A DNA stretch of 64,000 nt, taken from assembly GCA_903866625.1 (NCBI GenBank), contig CAIPOI010000005.1, positions 16,371 through 80,370 on the forward strand, given 5' to 3'. This document shows, in pieces, positions 37,702 through 47,400 of the stretch. The DNA comes from an uncultured archaeon (lineage in GTDB: Archaea > Nanobdellota > Nanobdellia > Pacearchaeales > GW2011-AR1). Below the pieces are notes generated by a model, which was given only the letters and a program-made list of their open reading frames with translations, did not search any database and was not told the DNA's origin. Within the stretch, counting starts at the first letter, position 1. The number at the start of each line of letters is the position of its first letter. Made by a program: the position numbers and the translations under genes.

Positions 37702-38919
37702 TTATAACCCTAATCTTTCTATAAACTTCTTTTTATTGAATAGTTCGAGATCTTCGTAAGCTTGACCAATTCCAAGATAAAGAATCGGCTTTTTTGTTAC
37801 AAATCCTATTGAAACAATTGTGCCACCTTTTTCATCAACATCAACTTTGCTTAGAATACTTCCATCTATGCCAATTAATTCATTGAAGGCTTTGGCTTGT
37901 TCTGTTGCATCATTACCAGAAACTGCTTCTGCAACAAAGACTTTTAGATTTGGTTGGGTAACTCTGCATATTTTTTCCATTTCTTTAAGAAGATTTTCTT
38001 TGGTGTGCATTCTGCCAGCAGTATCAATTAAAACCACATCAATTTTATTTTGTTCAGCATATTTTATTGCATCAAAAGCAACTGCGCTTGGGTCAGAACC
38101 ATAAGCATGTTTGATAACCTTTACACCAAGTTTGTTTCCATGAATTTCTAACTGTTCTATTGAAGCTGCTCTAAAAGTATCTGCTGCTGCTAAAATGCAA
38201 GATAGTTTATTTTTATTAAGTAGGTGGCAGAGTTTTGCTATGCTCGTAGTTTTTCCAGCTCCATTTATTCCGAAGAACAAAATTTTATATGGTTTTTTAG
38301 CTATTTTTTTGTATTCTTTAATTTGTTCAACTAAATTTTCTGGTTCTATTAAGATTTCTTTTATAGATCTCTTTAAAGATTCTTTTATTTCAAGTGCAAT
38401 CTTATCTTTTTTTAACTCTTTACCAACTAATTCTTTTTCTAGTTTTGTTTTTAGAGTTTCTACTACTTCTAGAGCAACATTGCTTTCTAGTAATAATAAT
38501 TCTAGCTCTTCAAAAATAGAATCAAAATTGCTTTGTGTGAGTGTATAAGAAAAAACTTTTTTTAATCTTTCAAAAAATCCAAGCTTTTTAGTTTCTTTTT
38601 GTTCTTCTTCACTTGTTCCTGCTTGTTTTTCAAGCTTTTCTACTTCTTCTTCAAGTTTTTCTTCAGGACTTTTTATTTCTGTGCCCTCTTCTTTTATGTC
38701 TGATACAACTTTTTGAGTGGTTATCCTTTCTTGTTCAAGTTCTTGTTTAGAACGCTTCTTTTTTTCAATCTTTATTTTTTCTTTTTTAATTGGCTCTTGC
38801 TTTGGAGTTTTATTTTTTTCTGGCTTTTCAGCTAATTCTTTCTTCTTGGCTTTAGTTTCGACTTCTTTTTTAGTTGAACCAATCCAATTCTTAAGTTTGT
38901 CTTTTAAAAATCCGAACAT
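37702..38919 (-). CDS. ftsY: SRP receptor FtsY
   Basis: K/E-rich N-terminal acidic/basic region, then an NG domain with GINGAGKTTSIAKL and DTAGR. Confidence 0.9.
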   Translation of the reverse strand: MFGFLKDKLKNWIGSTKKEVETKAKKKELAEKPEKNKTPKQEPIKKEKIKIEKKKRSKQELEQERITTQKVVSDIKEEGTEIKSPEEKLEEEVEKLEKQAGTSEEEQKETKKLGFFERLKKVFSYTLTQSNFDSIFEELELLLLESNVALEVVETLKTKLEKELVGKELKKDKIALEIKESLKRSIKEILIEPENLVEQIKEYKKIAKKPYKILFFGINGAGKTTSIAKLCHLLNKNKLSCILAAADTFRAASIEQLEIHGNKLGVKVIKHAYGSDPSAVAFDAIKYAEQNKIDVVLIDTAGRMHTKENLLKEMEKICRVTQPNLKVFVAEAVSGNDATEQAKAFNELIGIDGSILSKVDVDEKGGTIVSIGFVTKKPILYLGIGQAYEDLELFNKKKFIERLGL

Positions 38920-38969
38920 GAGTATATATATGAACCAATATTTATAAATGTAAAGACTATTGTTTATGT

Positions 38970-39557
38970 ATGGTAAAAAAAGAGGTTTTTAAGATATATG
39001 TTTTTAGGCATGGTCAAACTATCTATAATAAAAATGGGATTTTTACTGGATGGAAGAACTCTAATCTAACTCCTTTGGGTATTAAACAGGCTAGAATTAT
39101 AGCTAAGAAACTTAAGAATAAACAGATAGATGTAGCATTTTATACTCGACTATCTAGAAGCAAGGATACTCTAAAAGAAGTTTTAAAATATCATCCTGAA
39201 TGTAAGAAAAAGATTAAAGATGATAGGATGATTGAACGTAGCTATGGTATTTTAGAAGGAACTTCTCATGAAGATTTTATTAAGAATACTGGTCAAAAAG
39301 AGTATACTGCTATTCACAGGGGGTTTAGTAGTAAAGTTTCTGGAGGAGAAAGCTTCTCAGATGTTGAAAAAAGAGTAAAATCTTTCATTAAGGATTTAAA
39401 AAAATTCATCAAAAAGAATAAAGTTAATGTTGTAATCTCTGCTCATGGAAATTCTATAAGATTGTTTAGGAAAATTATGGAACAAGCAAGTCAAAAACAA
39501 GCAATAGGCTGGGAAATTCCATATGATAATTATTTTGAGTATTCTATAAGTGTTTAG
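38970..39557 (+). CDS. histidine phosphatase (phosphoglycerate mutase family)
   Basis: RHG motif VFRHGQT and a second His motif SAHGNSIR. Confidence 0.65.
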   Translation: MVKKEVFKIYVFRHGQTIYNKNGIFTGWKNSNLTPLGIKQARIIAKKLKNKQIDVAFYTRLSRSKDTLKEVLKYHPECKKKIKDDRMIERSYGILEGTSHEDFIKNTGQKEYTAIHRGFSSKVSGGESFSDVEKRVKSFIKDLKKFIKKNKVNVVISAHGNSIRLFRKIMEQASQKQAIGWEIPYDNYFEYSISV

Positions 39558-39608
39558 TTGATATTAGCATACAACAATACTTTTAAACTGATTTTAGTTG
39601 AGTTATCT

Positions 39609-40175
39609 ATGATAACCTATAACGACCTATATGAGGCCTTAAGAAAAGAGAGATATAGTGAGCAATTGCAACCTCTTATGAAAGATTTTGTTAGAGAAGT
39701 TGCAGGATATCTTAGAGAAAGAGAGAGTTTTTCTTCAGACACTAAAACTCTCTTTTCAGAAGAAAATCAAAAAAACAAAAAGCAATTAGAAAATGCTATC
39801 TCTATATTTAAAGAACTTATTTTAAGAAGAAAGAAGAAACTTTTAGATTTGGCTTTTATTAGTGCTGAAACGGGGATAAGTAAAAGAGATTTTGATAATA
39901 TGCTCTCTTTTGAAAGAGAAATTTTCGATAAGATTATGAAGGCTATTAATGAGGGAGATAAAGTTATGGAAAAACTTTTGAGTGGGGGCGATGAAAATCC
40001 TGAAAGTGCTGGACAGAAAAATAAGTTTATTATGTTTAAGCAAGATACTGATGAATTTTTGGATTTAGAAGGAAATAAGCTCGGGCCATTTAAGAAAGGA
40101 GATATTGTTAACATTCCTCAAGAAATTGCGAATATTCTTATTGTAGATAATAAGGCAGATCCTATTGAAGAATAA
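39609..40175 (+). CDS. GINS complex subunit (Gins51/Gins15-like)
   Basis: N-terminal alpha-helical A domain; C-terminal B-domain consensus LGPFKKGDIVNIPQEIANILIVDNKADPI, compare archaeal Gins51 GPFKKGDV..LP...A..LV. The start was moved to the ATG at 39609. Confidence 0.55.
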   Translation: MITYNDLYEALRKERYSEQLQPLMKDFVREVAGYLRERESFSSDTKTLFSEENQKNKKQLENAISIFKELILRRKKKLLDLAFISAETGISKRDFDNMLSFEREIFDKIMKAINEGDKVMEKLLSGGDENPESAGQKNKFIMFKQDTDEFLDLEGNKLGPFKKGDIVNIPQEIANILIVDNKADPIEE

Positions 40176-40811
40176 TCATTCTCTTTCTCCAAATAAAATT
40201 TTTCCAAGTCTTATGTTTGTTGAGCCTTCTTTGATTGCTAATAAATAGTCTTTACTCATACCCATAGAAAGCTCCTTTAGACCAAACTCTTTCTTTAGCT
40301 CGTTCATTTTTTTAAAGCAACTTTCTCTGTTATCTACTTTTACTATAGTCATTAGTCCTAGAAGGTTTAGGTTTTTGAGTTTTTTTATTATTTTTATTAA
40401 GTTAGACAAGTTTTCAATTGCTATACCTGATTTCTGTTCTTCTCCGAAATTTATTTCAATAAATACTTCCATTATTTTGTTTATTTTTTGACATTCTTTA
40501 TTAACTTTTATCGCAATTTTTTCAGAGTCAATAGTCTCTATACAATCAAATATTTTTACAGCAGTTTTAACTTTGTTTGACTGAAGGTGGCCTATTAGAT
40601 GAAATGAAATGAGGTTATCTTTAAAGAAGTGTTTTAATATTTTATATTTTTCTTCTGCTTCTTGAACATAATTTTCTCCTATTATTTTTATTCCAGCTTT
40701 TATTGCTTGTTTTATATCTTCTATAGATTTTGTTTTTGTTACTGCTATAATTTTTACTTGGTTGGGAATTTCTGTTTTTATTTGATTGTATGCATCTTGA
40801 TTGAACATCAT
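40176..40811 (-). CDS. YggS/PLPBP-family pyridoxal phosphate homeostasis protein
   Basis: IIAVTKTKSIEDIKQAIKAGIKIIGENYVQEAEEK...LHLIGHLQSNKVK; the length and order of motifs match the family. Confidence 0.75.
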   Translation of the reverse strand: MMFNQDAYNQIKTEIPNQVKIIAVTKTKSIEDIKQAIKAGIKIIGENYVQEAEEKYKILKHFFKDNLISFHLIGHLQSNKVKTAVKIFDCIETIDSEKIAIKVNKECQKINKIMEVFIEINFGEEQKSGIAIENLSNLIKIIKKLKNLNLLGLMTIVKVDNRESCFKKMNELKKEFGLKELSMGMSKDYLLAIKEGSTNIRLGKILFGERE

Positions 40812-40841
40812 CTTTCTAATATTCTTAAAAATATAAAGTTA

Positions 40842-40952
40842 AGCCTTCAGAGGGATTCGAACCCCCGACCCCCGGTTATTTTGAAGGTTTTTTGATAATT
40901 TTTCCAAAAAACCCCTTACAAAACCGATGCTCTACCACTGAGCTATGAAGGC
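40842..40952 (-). tRNA. tRNA-Thr (anticodon TGT) with a 39-nt intron at the canonical 37/38 position
   Basis: Reverse complement: acceptor GCCTTCA/TGAAGGC, D arm GCTC-AGTGGTA-GAGC, anticodon stem TCGGT...ACCGG, anticodon loop TTTGTA + intron (AGGGGTTTTTTGGAAAAATTATCAAAAAACCTTCAAAAT) + A, T arm GGGGG-TTCGAAT-CCCTC. The intron 3' segment CCTTCAAA pairs with the exon TTTGTAAGG, as expected for a bulge-helix-bulge splice motif. Confidence 0.75.
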
Positions 40953-41001
40953 ATAAGTAGATAGGGAATAAGGGGTTTAAAAGATTAATTGTTCTTAATA
41001 A

Positions 41002-41511
41002 TTAAGCCCAAATACGAACCTCTTGGGTCTTTTCTTGCTTTTTTATTGGGTAAATTGTCTCAGTTAATTCTTCTGGAGAGAACCATAGTTGAATCTCGCG
41101 TTTTGCATTGTCTTCAGAATCTGAAGCATGAATCACATTTTCAAAAACTCCTGTTTTGGAATTTATCCTTCCATATTTGCCTCTAATGCTTGTTGGATCT
41201 GCATCTTCAGGATTTGTAGATCCTGCTATTTCTCTTATTTTTTTTATTGCATTTTCTCCCTGATAAACTAGGGCTAAAACTCGATTGGTATGAAAATCTC
41301 CCTGTATGTACTTTAATACACTTTCAAAAACCTGAGGTTTTTGTTTTTTTAAATCAGAATAATGTACTTCTGCAAGTTCTCTTTTTACAGATACTATTTT
41401 AGCACCAACAATTTTAAGTTTTGTTTCTGAAAGCGCAGAGATTATATTTCCTGTTAAAGACTTAACGAGACCGTCGGGCTTTATTAAAACAAGGCATTGT
41501 TGAACGGCCAT
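41002..41511 (-). CDS. ndk: nucleoside diphosphate kinase
   Basis: LVLIKPDG, NVIHASDS (active-site His), and EIQLWF. Confidence 0.85.
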   Translation of the reverse strand: MAVQQCLVLIKPDGLVKSLTGNIISALSETKLKIVGAKIVSVKRELAEVHYSDLKKQKPQVFESVLKYIQGDFHTNRVLALVYQGENAIKKIREIAGSTNPEDADPTSIRGKYGRINSKTGVFENVIHASDSEDNAKREIQLWFSPEELTETIYPIKKQEKTQEVRIWA

Positions 41512-41518
41512 TTTAAAA

Positions 41519-42058
41519 TTATTTTTTTAGAGCTTTTTTTAACTCAAATATACGTATTTCACAGATTGCAAGTGGATAGACTTTTTTCAATTTTGTTGCA
41601 AGTTGTTTTTGCATTTGGTTTGATAATATTTCTTGAAATACATCGTTATCGGTTTTTGTTTTTAGGTAGTCTACAATCCAATTTTTAGCAGAATTTCTTA
41701 GAGTTTTTCTTACGGCTCTTGAAACTTTTTTTCTTGTTATTAAAAAGGGTTTGATAACTACTGAGCTGTCTAATGTTTCGGCATTAAAAGAATCTTCAAC
41801 ATAATCAATTCCAGTATGTAACATATGTTTTATAAAATAAGGTAATAAAACTAGTTTTCTTGGTTCTGCGATTGCTTTGTGTTCGCTAACTTTTATTTCA
41901 AAAACCAAATCCACGTTTTTTCCTCTTAATTTTCTTGTAGCATCTACTTTTATCCTTCTTCCATTAAGGTTTTCTATCAAGCCATTATAGGCTTCATATT
42001 TTTCTTGCAGTAAAGGAATATCCACTTCAAAGAACTTTTTTTTGAAAACTTTAACCAT
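41519..42058 (-). CDS. 30S ribosomal protein S3Ae (eS1)
   Basis: Length, and VYPLAICEIRIFELKK near the C-terminus, resemble the S3Ae consensus (IYPL..V.IRK). Confidence 0.55.
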   Translation of the reverse strand: MVKVFKKKFFEVDIPLLQEKYEAYNGLIENLNGRRIKVDATRKLRGKNVDLVFEIKVSEHKAIAEPRKLVLLPYFIKHMLHTGIDYVEDSFNAETLDSSVVIKPFLITRKKVSRAVRKTLRNSAKNWIVDYLKTKTDNDVFQEILSNQMQKQLATKLKKVYPLAICEIRIFELKKALKK

Positions 42059-42059
42059 C

Positions 42060-42365
42060 TTATTCGAAAACTATTTTGCTTACCCTCCTTGAGCGAGCAT
42101 GAGTACTTTTTTTACATTTTTGACAGGTATAAATCAAGACTTTTCTTGTTGTTGTTTTGGTTTTCATTTTTCTAGATTTTACTGCTCTTTTACTATAACG
42201 ACCTTTATTGCCTGTTCCTGGAAAAGAACCACGCATCTTTGCTCTTGTTAAAGAACCCCATTTAAGAGTTCCTCTTTTATGTCCTGTTGAAACTAAGTCT
42301 ATTTTTTGTTCTGTATGTTCATCGCAACTCGGGCAATATCTTTTTGTTTTTCTTGGTAATTTCAT
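42060..42365 (-). CDS. 50S ribosomal protein L44e
   Basis: CPSCDEHTEQ...CQKCKK C4 zinc ribbon; basic; 101 aa. Confidence 0.7.
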   Translation of the reverse strand: MKLPRKTKRYCPSCDEHTEQKIDLVSTGHKRGTLKWGSLTRAKMRGSFPGTGNKGRYSKRAVKSRKMKTKTTTRKVLIYTCQKCKKSTHARSRRVSKIVFE

Positions 42366-42451
42366 ATTATAACTCCCAGATTTAATCTGGATATAAAATA
42401 GTTCAATAAGATAGGTATTTAAAGATTATTGTTTGTGCTTTTTTAAGCTTA

Positions 42452-42522
42452 GGGCCCATAGGCTAGTGGCAAACTGTGTCCTTGACATGGACAAGTCCCA
42501 AGTTCGATTCTTGGTGGGCCCA
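42452..42522 (+). tRNA. tRNA-Val (anticodon GAC)
   Basis: Acceptor GGGCCCA/TGGGCCC, anticodon stem TGTCC/GGACA with loop TTGACAT, T arm CCAAG-TTCGATT-CTTGG. The D stem has one mismatch and a short loop. 71 nt. Confidence 0.7.
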
Positions 42523-42575
42523 TTGAAGACATATTTTTCAGAAAGTTTATATATGCTATTTTCATTTGTTTATCT

Positions 42576-44474
42576 ATGCAAAAAAGAGAAAAGGGGCGGT
42601 CTGGACAAATTACGGTTTTTGTTATTACTGCTTTGATTATTGTGGTTGTAATTTCTTTATTTTTTGCGTTTAAAGATAGTATTTTTCCTGTTTCAGTTCC
42701 TGCAGAAATATCTCCAGTTTATAGTTATTATGTTTCTTGTGTGAATGGTTTATTAGAAGATGGTATAAAAATTGCAGAAAGTAAGGCAGGTTATATAGAA
42801 AATCCTGAATTTGAACAAGGGACTAGATATGCTCCCTTTGGATCCGAACTTAATTTTTTAGGGCAAGGAGTTCCATATTGGTATACTATTTCGGGAAATG
42901 GTTTAGTTAAAGAAAATATTCCTACAAAAATCCAAATAGAACAACAATTAAATAATTATCTTCAGCAAGAGATTTCTAAATGTGTTCTTGATTCTTTTGT
43001 TGCTCAGGGATATAATATAAGTCTTGGAGAGAGTAAATTTAAAACTTCAATACAATCTACTCAAATTAATTCTAAAGTTAGCCAGAAAATTGCAATTTCT
43101 TATGCGGATAAAAATTTTGTTATAAACGGATTTGATTTGAAAGTTTCAAGTTCCTTCAGTAGTTTATATGATTTGGCAAAACAGATTTATAGTTATGAAA
43201 AATCCTCGATGTTTTTAGAAAACTATAGTTTGGATGTTTTGAATACTTATGCACCAGTTTCTGGAATTGAGATAAATTGTTCTCCTGTAGTTTGGCAACC
43301 TCATGAGGTTTTCACTAATCTAAGAAAAGGTTTAGAGACAAATCTGCAGCTATTAAGGTTTTCTGGAGACTATTATACTAATGTTAATCCTTATTTTGTT
43401 GTTAAAAATTCTAATATAAAACTTAATGGGAAACAAGTTAATTTTGCTTATTCTTCAGATTGGGCTTCAAGATTTGAAGTATGGCCTACTCAAAATAATC
43501 TTATGGTTGCAAATCCAATTGGTAGTCAGGTAGGCTTAAATGCGATGGGCTTTTGTTATGCACCCTACAAATTTGTTTATGATATGTATTTTCCAGTTAT
43601 GATTCAGATATATAACTCTGATTTAATGGAGTTCTTCCAATTTCCTGTTGCAGTAGTAATAAATAAAAATGTTGCAAGAGAGAGTTTAAGTTCTGAATCT
43701 ATAGAGCCTGCACAAAGTGTTTGTAATAATGCTAATGTAAACCTTTCGATTAATACTTATGATATTAATTTAAATCCTGTAGAGTCTAGCATTAGCTTTA
43801 GATGCTTAACTGATAGTTGTAGTCTCGGAAGCACAAAAATAAATTCTATAACTAATTTATCTTCCTTAACCATACTTGCCCCGCAATGTGTTAATGGGGT
43901 TTTAGTTGCTCAAGCAAACGGATACAAACAAGTAAAATATGTTATTTCTACTAATGAAGAAGATAGTGCAGATATAATACTTGAAAGAGAATATAATCTG
44001 CCTTTGGAAATTTATGTAGATGGAAAATCTGTTGAAGAAAGTTCGGTTTTAATTATAAGCCAAAATGTTGGTGGTAAAGAACAGGTTGTTGATTCTATTA
44101 GCTATCCTTTTACTAAAAAGATTAAGTTAAGTGAAGGGGAATATAGCTTTGATTTGAAAGTATTTGGTTCGGGTTCTTTAACTATTCCTGCTACAACTAC
44201 TAAACAATGTGTAAGTATTCCCCAAGATAATATTTTGGGTGCTCTTGGATTTGATCAAGAACAATGCACTGAAATTACTACTCCAAGCCAGACTCTAAGC
44301 AATATTCCTCATGCTGGTGGAAAGCAAACAATTTATATTTCGGAAAGTGAATTAGCAGGGGCTAATAAGTTTAGAATATTAAGTTCAAGTATAAAAACTC
44401 CTACTTCTATTCAAGAAGTTCAGGATAGTTATGCTCTGATTGAAGAGAAAGCTTTAGATATACAAACAGCATAA
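42576..44474 (+). CDS. 632-aa membrane-anchored (N-terminal TM) extracytoplasmic protein of unknown function
   Basis: N-terminal GQITVFVITALIIVVVISLFFAF helix after a basic stretch; the rest is hydrophilic and Asn/Ser/Thr-rich; no domain recognised. Confidence 0.55.
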   Translation: MQKREKGRSGQITVFVITALIIVVVISLFFAFKDSIFPVSVPAEISPVYSYYVSCVNGLLEDGIKIAESKAGYIENPEFEQGTRYAPFGSELNFLGQGVPYWYTISGNGLVKENIPTKIQIEQQLNNYLQQEISKCVLDSFVAQGYNISLGESKFKTSIQSTQINSKVSQKIAISYADKNFVINGFDLKVSSSFSSLYDLAKQIYSYEKSSMFLENYSLDVLNTYAPVSGIEINCSPVVWQPHEVFTNLRKGLETNLQLLRFSGDYYTNVNPYFVVKNSNIKLNGKQVNFAYSSDWASRFEVWPTQNNLMVANPIGSQVGLNAMGFCYAPYKFVYDMYFPVMIQIYNSDLMEFFQFPVAVVINKNVARESLSSESIEPAQSVCNNANVNLSINTYDINLNPVESSISFRCLTDSCSLGSTKINSITNLSSLTILAPQCVNGVLVAQANGYKQVKYVISTNEEDSADIILEREYNLPLEIYVDGKSVEESSVLIISQNVGGKEQVVDSISYPFTKKIKLSEGEYSFDLKVFGSGSLTIPATTTKQCVSIPQDNILGALGFDQEQCTEITTPSQTLSNIPHAGGKQTIYISESELAGANKFRILSSSIKTPTSIQEVQDSYALIEEKALDIQTA

Positions 44475-44486
44475 TAAAATAATAAG

Positions 44487-47400
44487 ATGTGCGAAAAAAA
44501 AGAAGGCAGAGTCTTAGCAATTTATTTAGCTTTGGCTTTATTGTTTTTATCTTTTATTTTTTCTTTAAGTTCAATTTCTGCAGAAACTTATACTTCTGGA
44601 TTTTCTGGAACTGGCGGAAGTTTTAGTGAAGTTAATACTAATTACTTCTCAAGTTATAGTTCTAGCTTGAGCAGTTTTGGAGGATTTGGTTCTTATCTTT
44701 CTGGTCCTCAATATCGTGCTACAGATAATAGTGGTTTTTTTGATATGGAAGTTTTTATTCCGCCATTAGGATGTCAACCTTACGTTGTTAGAAGTGATTT
44801 GCTAGAAGAGCAAAATGTTCCTGTTTTTTGTAAATTAACTCCTTTAAAGATTAATCCTGGAATTGATATTACTCGAATAGAAAATATAGCTGTAACTCAA
44901 AAAACTTCTAATCCATATGTTGCGGGGGTTGGATTTTATCCTGCTCGAGCTGCACTTGGTTCTTCAAGTAAATTTGTAAATAATCCTACTTCAGATAATA
45001 TTGGTTATGTAGTGGTTGTTCTAAAGAGACAGGCTACAGAAAATCAAATGCCTGATAATGTTACAGTTACTCTTAGCGCACAATTAAGATATGGTGCAAA
45101 TTATGCTTTTGGAATTGGAGAGAATGAATTTTATCTTCCTGTTATGAGTGATAGTGATTTTGCCAATAATTATAAGGGTTATTCTTTCTTTGATGGTGTT
45201 GGTTATCTTAGAGCAGAAAGCATTAATACTAATTCAGCAGTTATAGCAGTTTATACTTCTGATCAAATAAAAGCTTTTAGTGATAGTATTGAAAAGGGTA
45301 AGACCTCTAAAGATATTTATTTGCCTACGGGAACTGGCGGACAAGGAATGAGGATAAATCTTAAAGAAATTACAGTTCCAGAAACAAAAGCTAAGATAAA
45401 AGTTAATGGGAAATATTATGAGGTTTATAATGGAAATAGTTTTGCAGATGGTAAATGCAGAATTTCTTCAATTGCTTCTTATGGTGCTGGAACTGGATAT
45501 GTAAGTTTTTATTGCGGTAGTGAAAAGTTTACACTAACTAAAAACTTTGGGAAGGTTAAGCTTTCTTTTGCTTCAACCAGTGGGGAAACAAATAAAGAAT
45601 ATAATATTGGTGAAGAAATTTTAGATGTTTCAAGTGATTTTGGCAAGCATCTTTATCCGGTTTATATTGGCTCAATAAGTTCAGTAGGAAGTGCTACAGA
45701 AAAAAATAGTTATGCAGTAATTGCTTCAAGTGATAGTATTTTAACTAATGATCAGATAACTAATTTAAGAGTTGAGGTAAGTAATTTAGTTTCAAGAATT
45801 TCTAAGGATAGTAGTTTAGGTAGTATTGTTGAGCAAATTAGCAAGCAAAGTCTTTCTGGAGCAAAACTTTATGGTGTTCTTAGTGGCAATAAAATAGTAA
45901 TTTCAAGTAATGACATTAAAAAAACCTTGGATATAACTTATATCGGTCAAGAAAATAATGATATAAAAATAACTCCTTCTAGTGCAGAAGAATATTATTT
46001 GAAAGCAAAAAAATATTATGAATATGTTAAGTCAACTTATTCTGGAGAGATAAACAATATTAATAATCAGATGGATATGCCTTGGGTTTCAACTGATCAG
46101 CAGTTTGGAGCAGATAGTTTATGGGAACAGTATAATCTTGCTAGCACATTTAATCAAAAACAAGAAGCAAAGAGTTTGCTTTCAAGAATCGTTAATGATT
46201 ATCCAACTGCTTCAAATAAAATTTCTTCAACAAATGTAAAAACTGCTCAGGAACTTCTTAATACAGATGATCTACTAAGCACAGAAGGTTCTACAGATTA
46301 TTCTAAGACTCAAGATTTAAGCTTTCAACTGGTAGGAGTTGAAAGGCCAAGTGAAGATGAGGCAAGTGTAAAAATAGATTATACTGACGCTAAGCAAAGA
46401 TTAACTAAAGTTCTTAGAAAGGGTGATGTTTGGGAGATTGGAGATGAAAGAAAAACAAAAGTTACTCTTAATGATTTTAGTCAGACCCAAGCTACAGTAA
46501 GTTATAAGTGCGAGAGAAAGGATGTTAGTGGAAAGACTGCTTCAAGCCCCTCAGGTCAAAAAACTCTTAATGAAAAACAAGTTATGGCTTTAGAGAATTG
46601 TGATTCTCAAGTCCAGATTAGTAAAATAAATCTTCAGCAGGTTGCTCATGTAACTTTAACACCCATGGTTGATGGAAGAAGCAGAGAGACTAATTTTACA
46701 TTTTCAATTGGTATAGAAAAAAGAGCAGACTTGTTTAAGACTACTCCTGAAGAAGCAAATAAACAAATTGAAGAATTAAACGATTTAATTAATGAGTTCA
46801 AGAATATTACAGATAGTCTTGGAACCGTAATTAAAGCAGGAAAAGCAGCTTGCCTTGCTACTTCTGCAGTTATTAATCTTAAAAATTTAGTTTCTGGAAC
46901 AGAGGGAGAAGCAACTGCTCGAAAGCAAGTTATGACTGGTGTTTGGAATGATATTTGCGCGACTGAAGTTGCTAATAAAAAATATTCAAGTGAAGAAGAG
47001 TGTATTTCTGCTAAGACTAGTGATAAGACTATACCTAATGAGATTGATGCTGCGCAAAAAATTATGTCTGATTTTAATACTCTAGACGAAAAATCTATGA
47101 AAGAAGCTAAGGATAAAAATGGGATAATCAGTAATGATAGAGCTAAAGAAGCAGAACTTAAACCTCTTATTGAGTTTGTTAAGACAAAAAATATTCAAGT
47201 TAAAGATGAAGCAGGAAATACCAAAGATAACAGTTATATTAATACACAATTAGGAAAAACTGCAGAATTTAGTTATAGCGAAGTTGCACAGGTTAATTAT
47301 AATCTCAGAATGATTGCGGTAGCAAGTGATAAATCTAAAGAAGCTTATCAAAAAGCAGCATATTCTATTTTGAAGGCTGTTGAGGATAGATGGAATTCCC

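Noticed and set aside
42433-42636. ORF-track ORFs overlapping tRNA genes (42433-42636 over tRNA-Val; 40662-40895 over the intron-containing tRNA-Thr).
   Set aside because: The tRNA folds are strong; the ORFs are short, without motifs, and in the first case run into the real start of the 632-aa gene.
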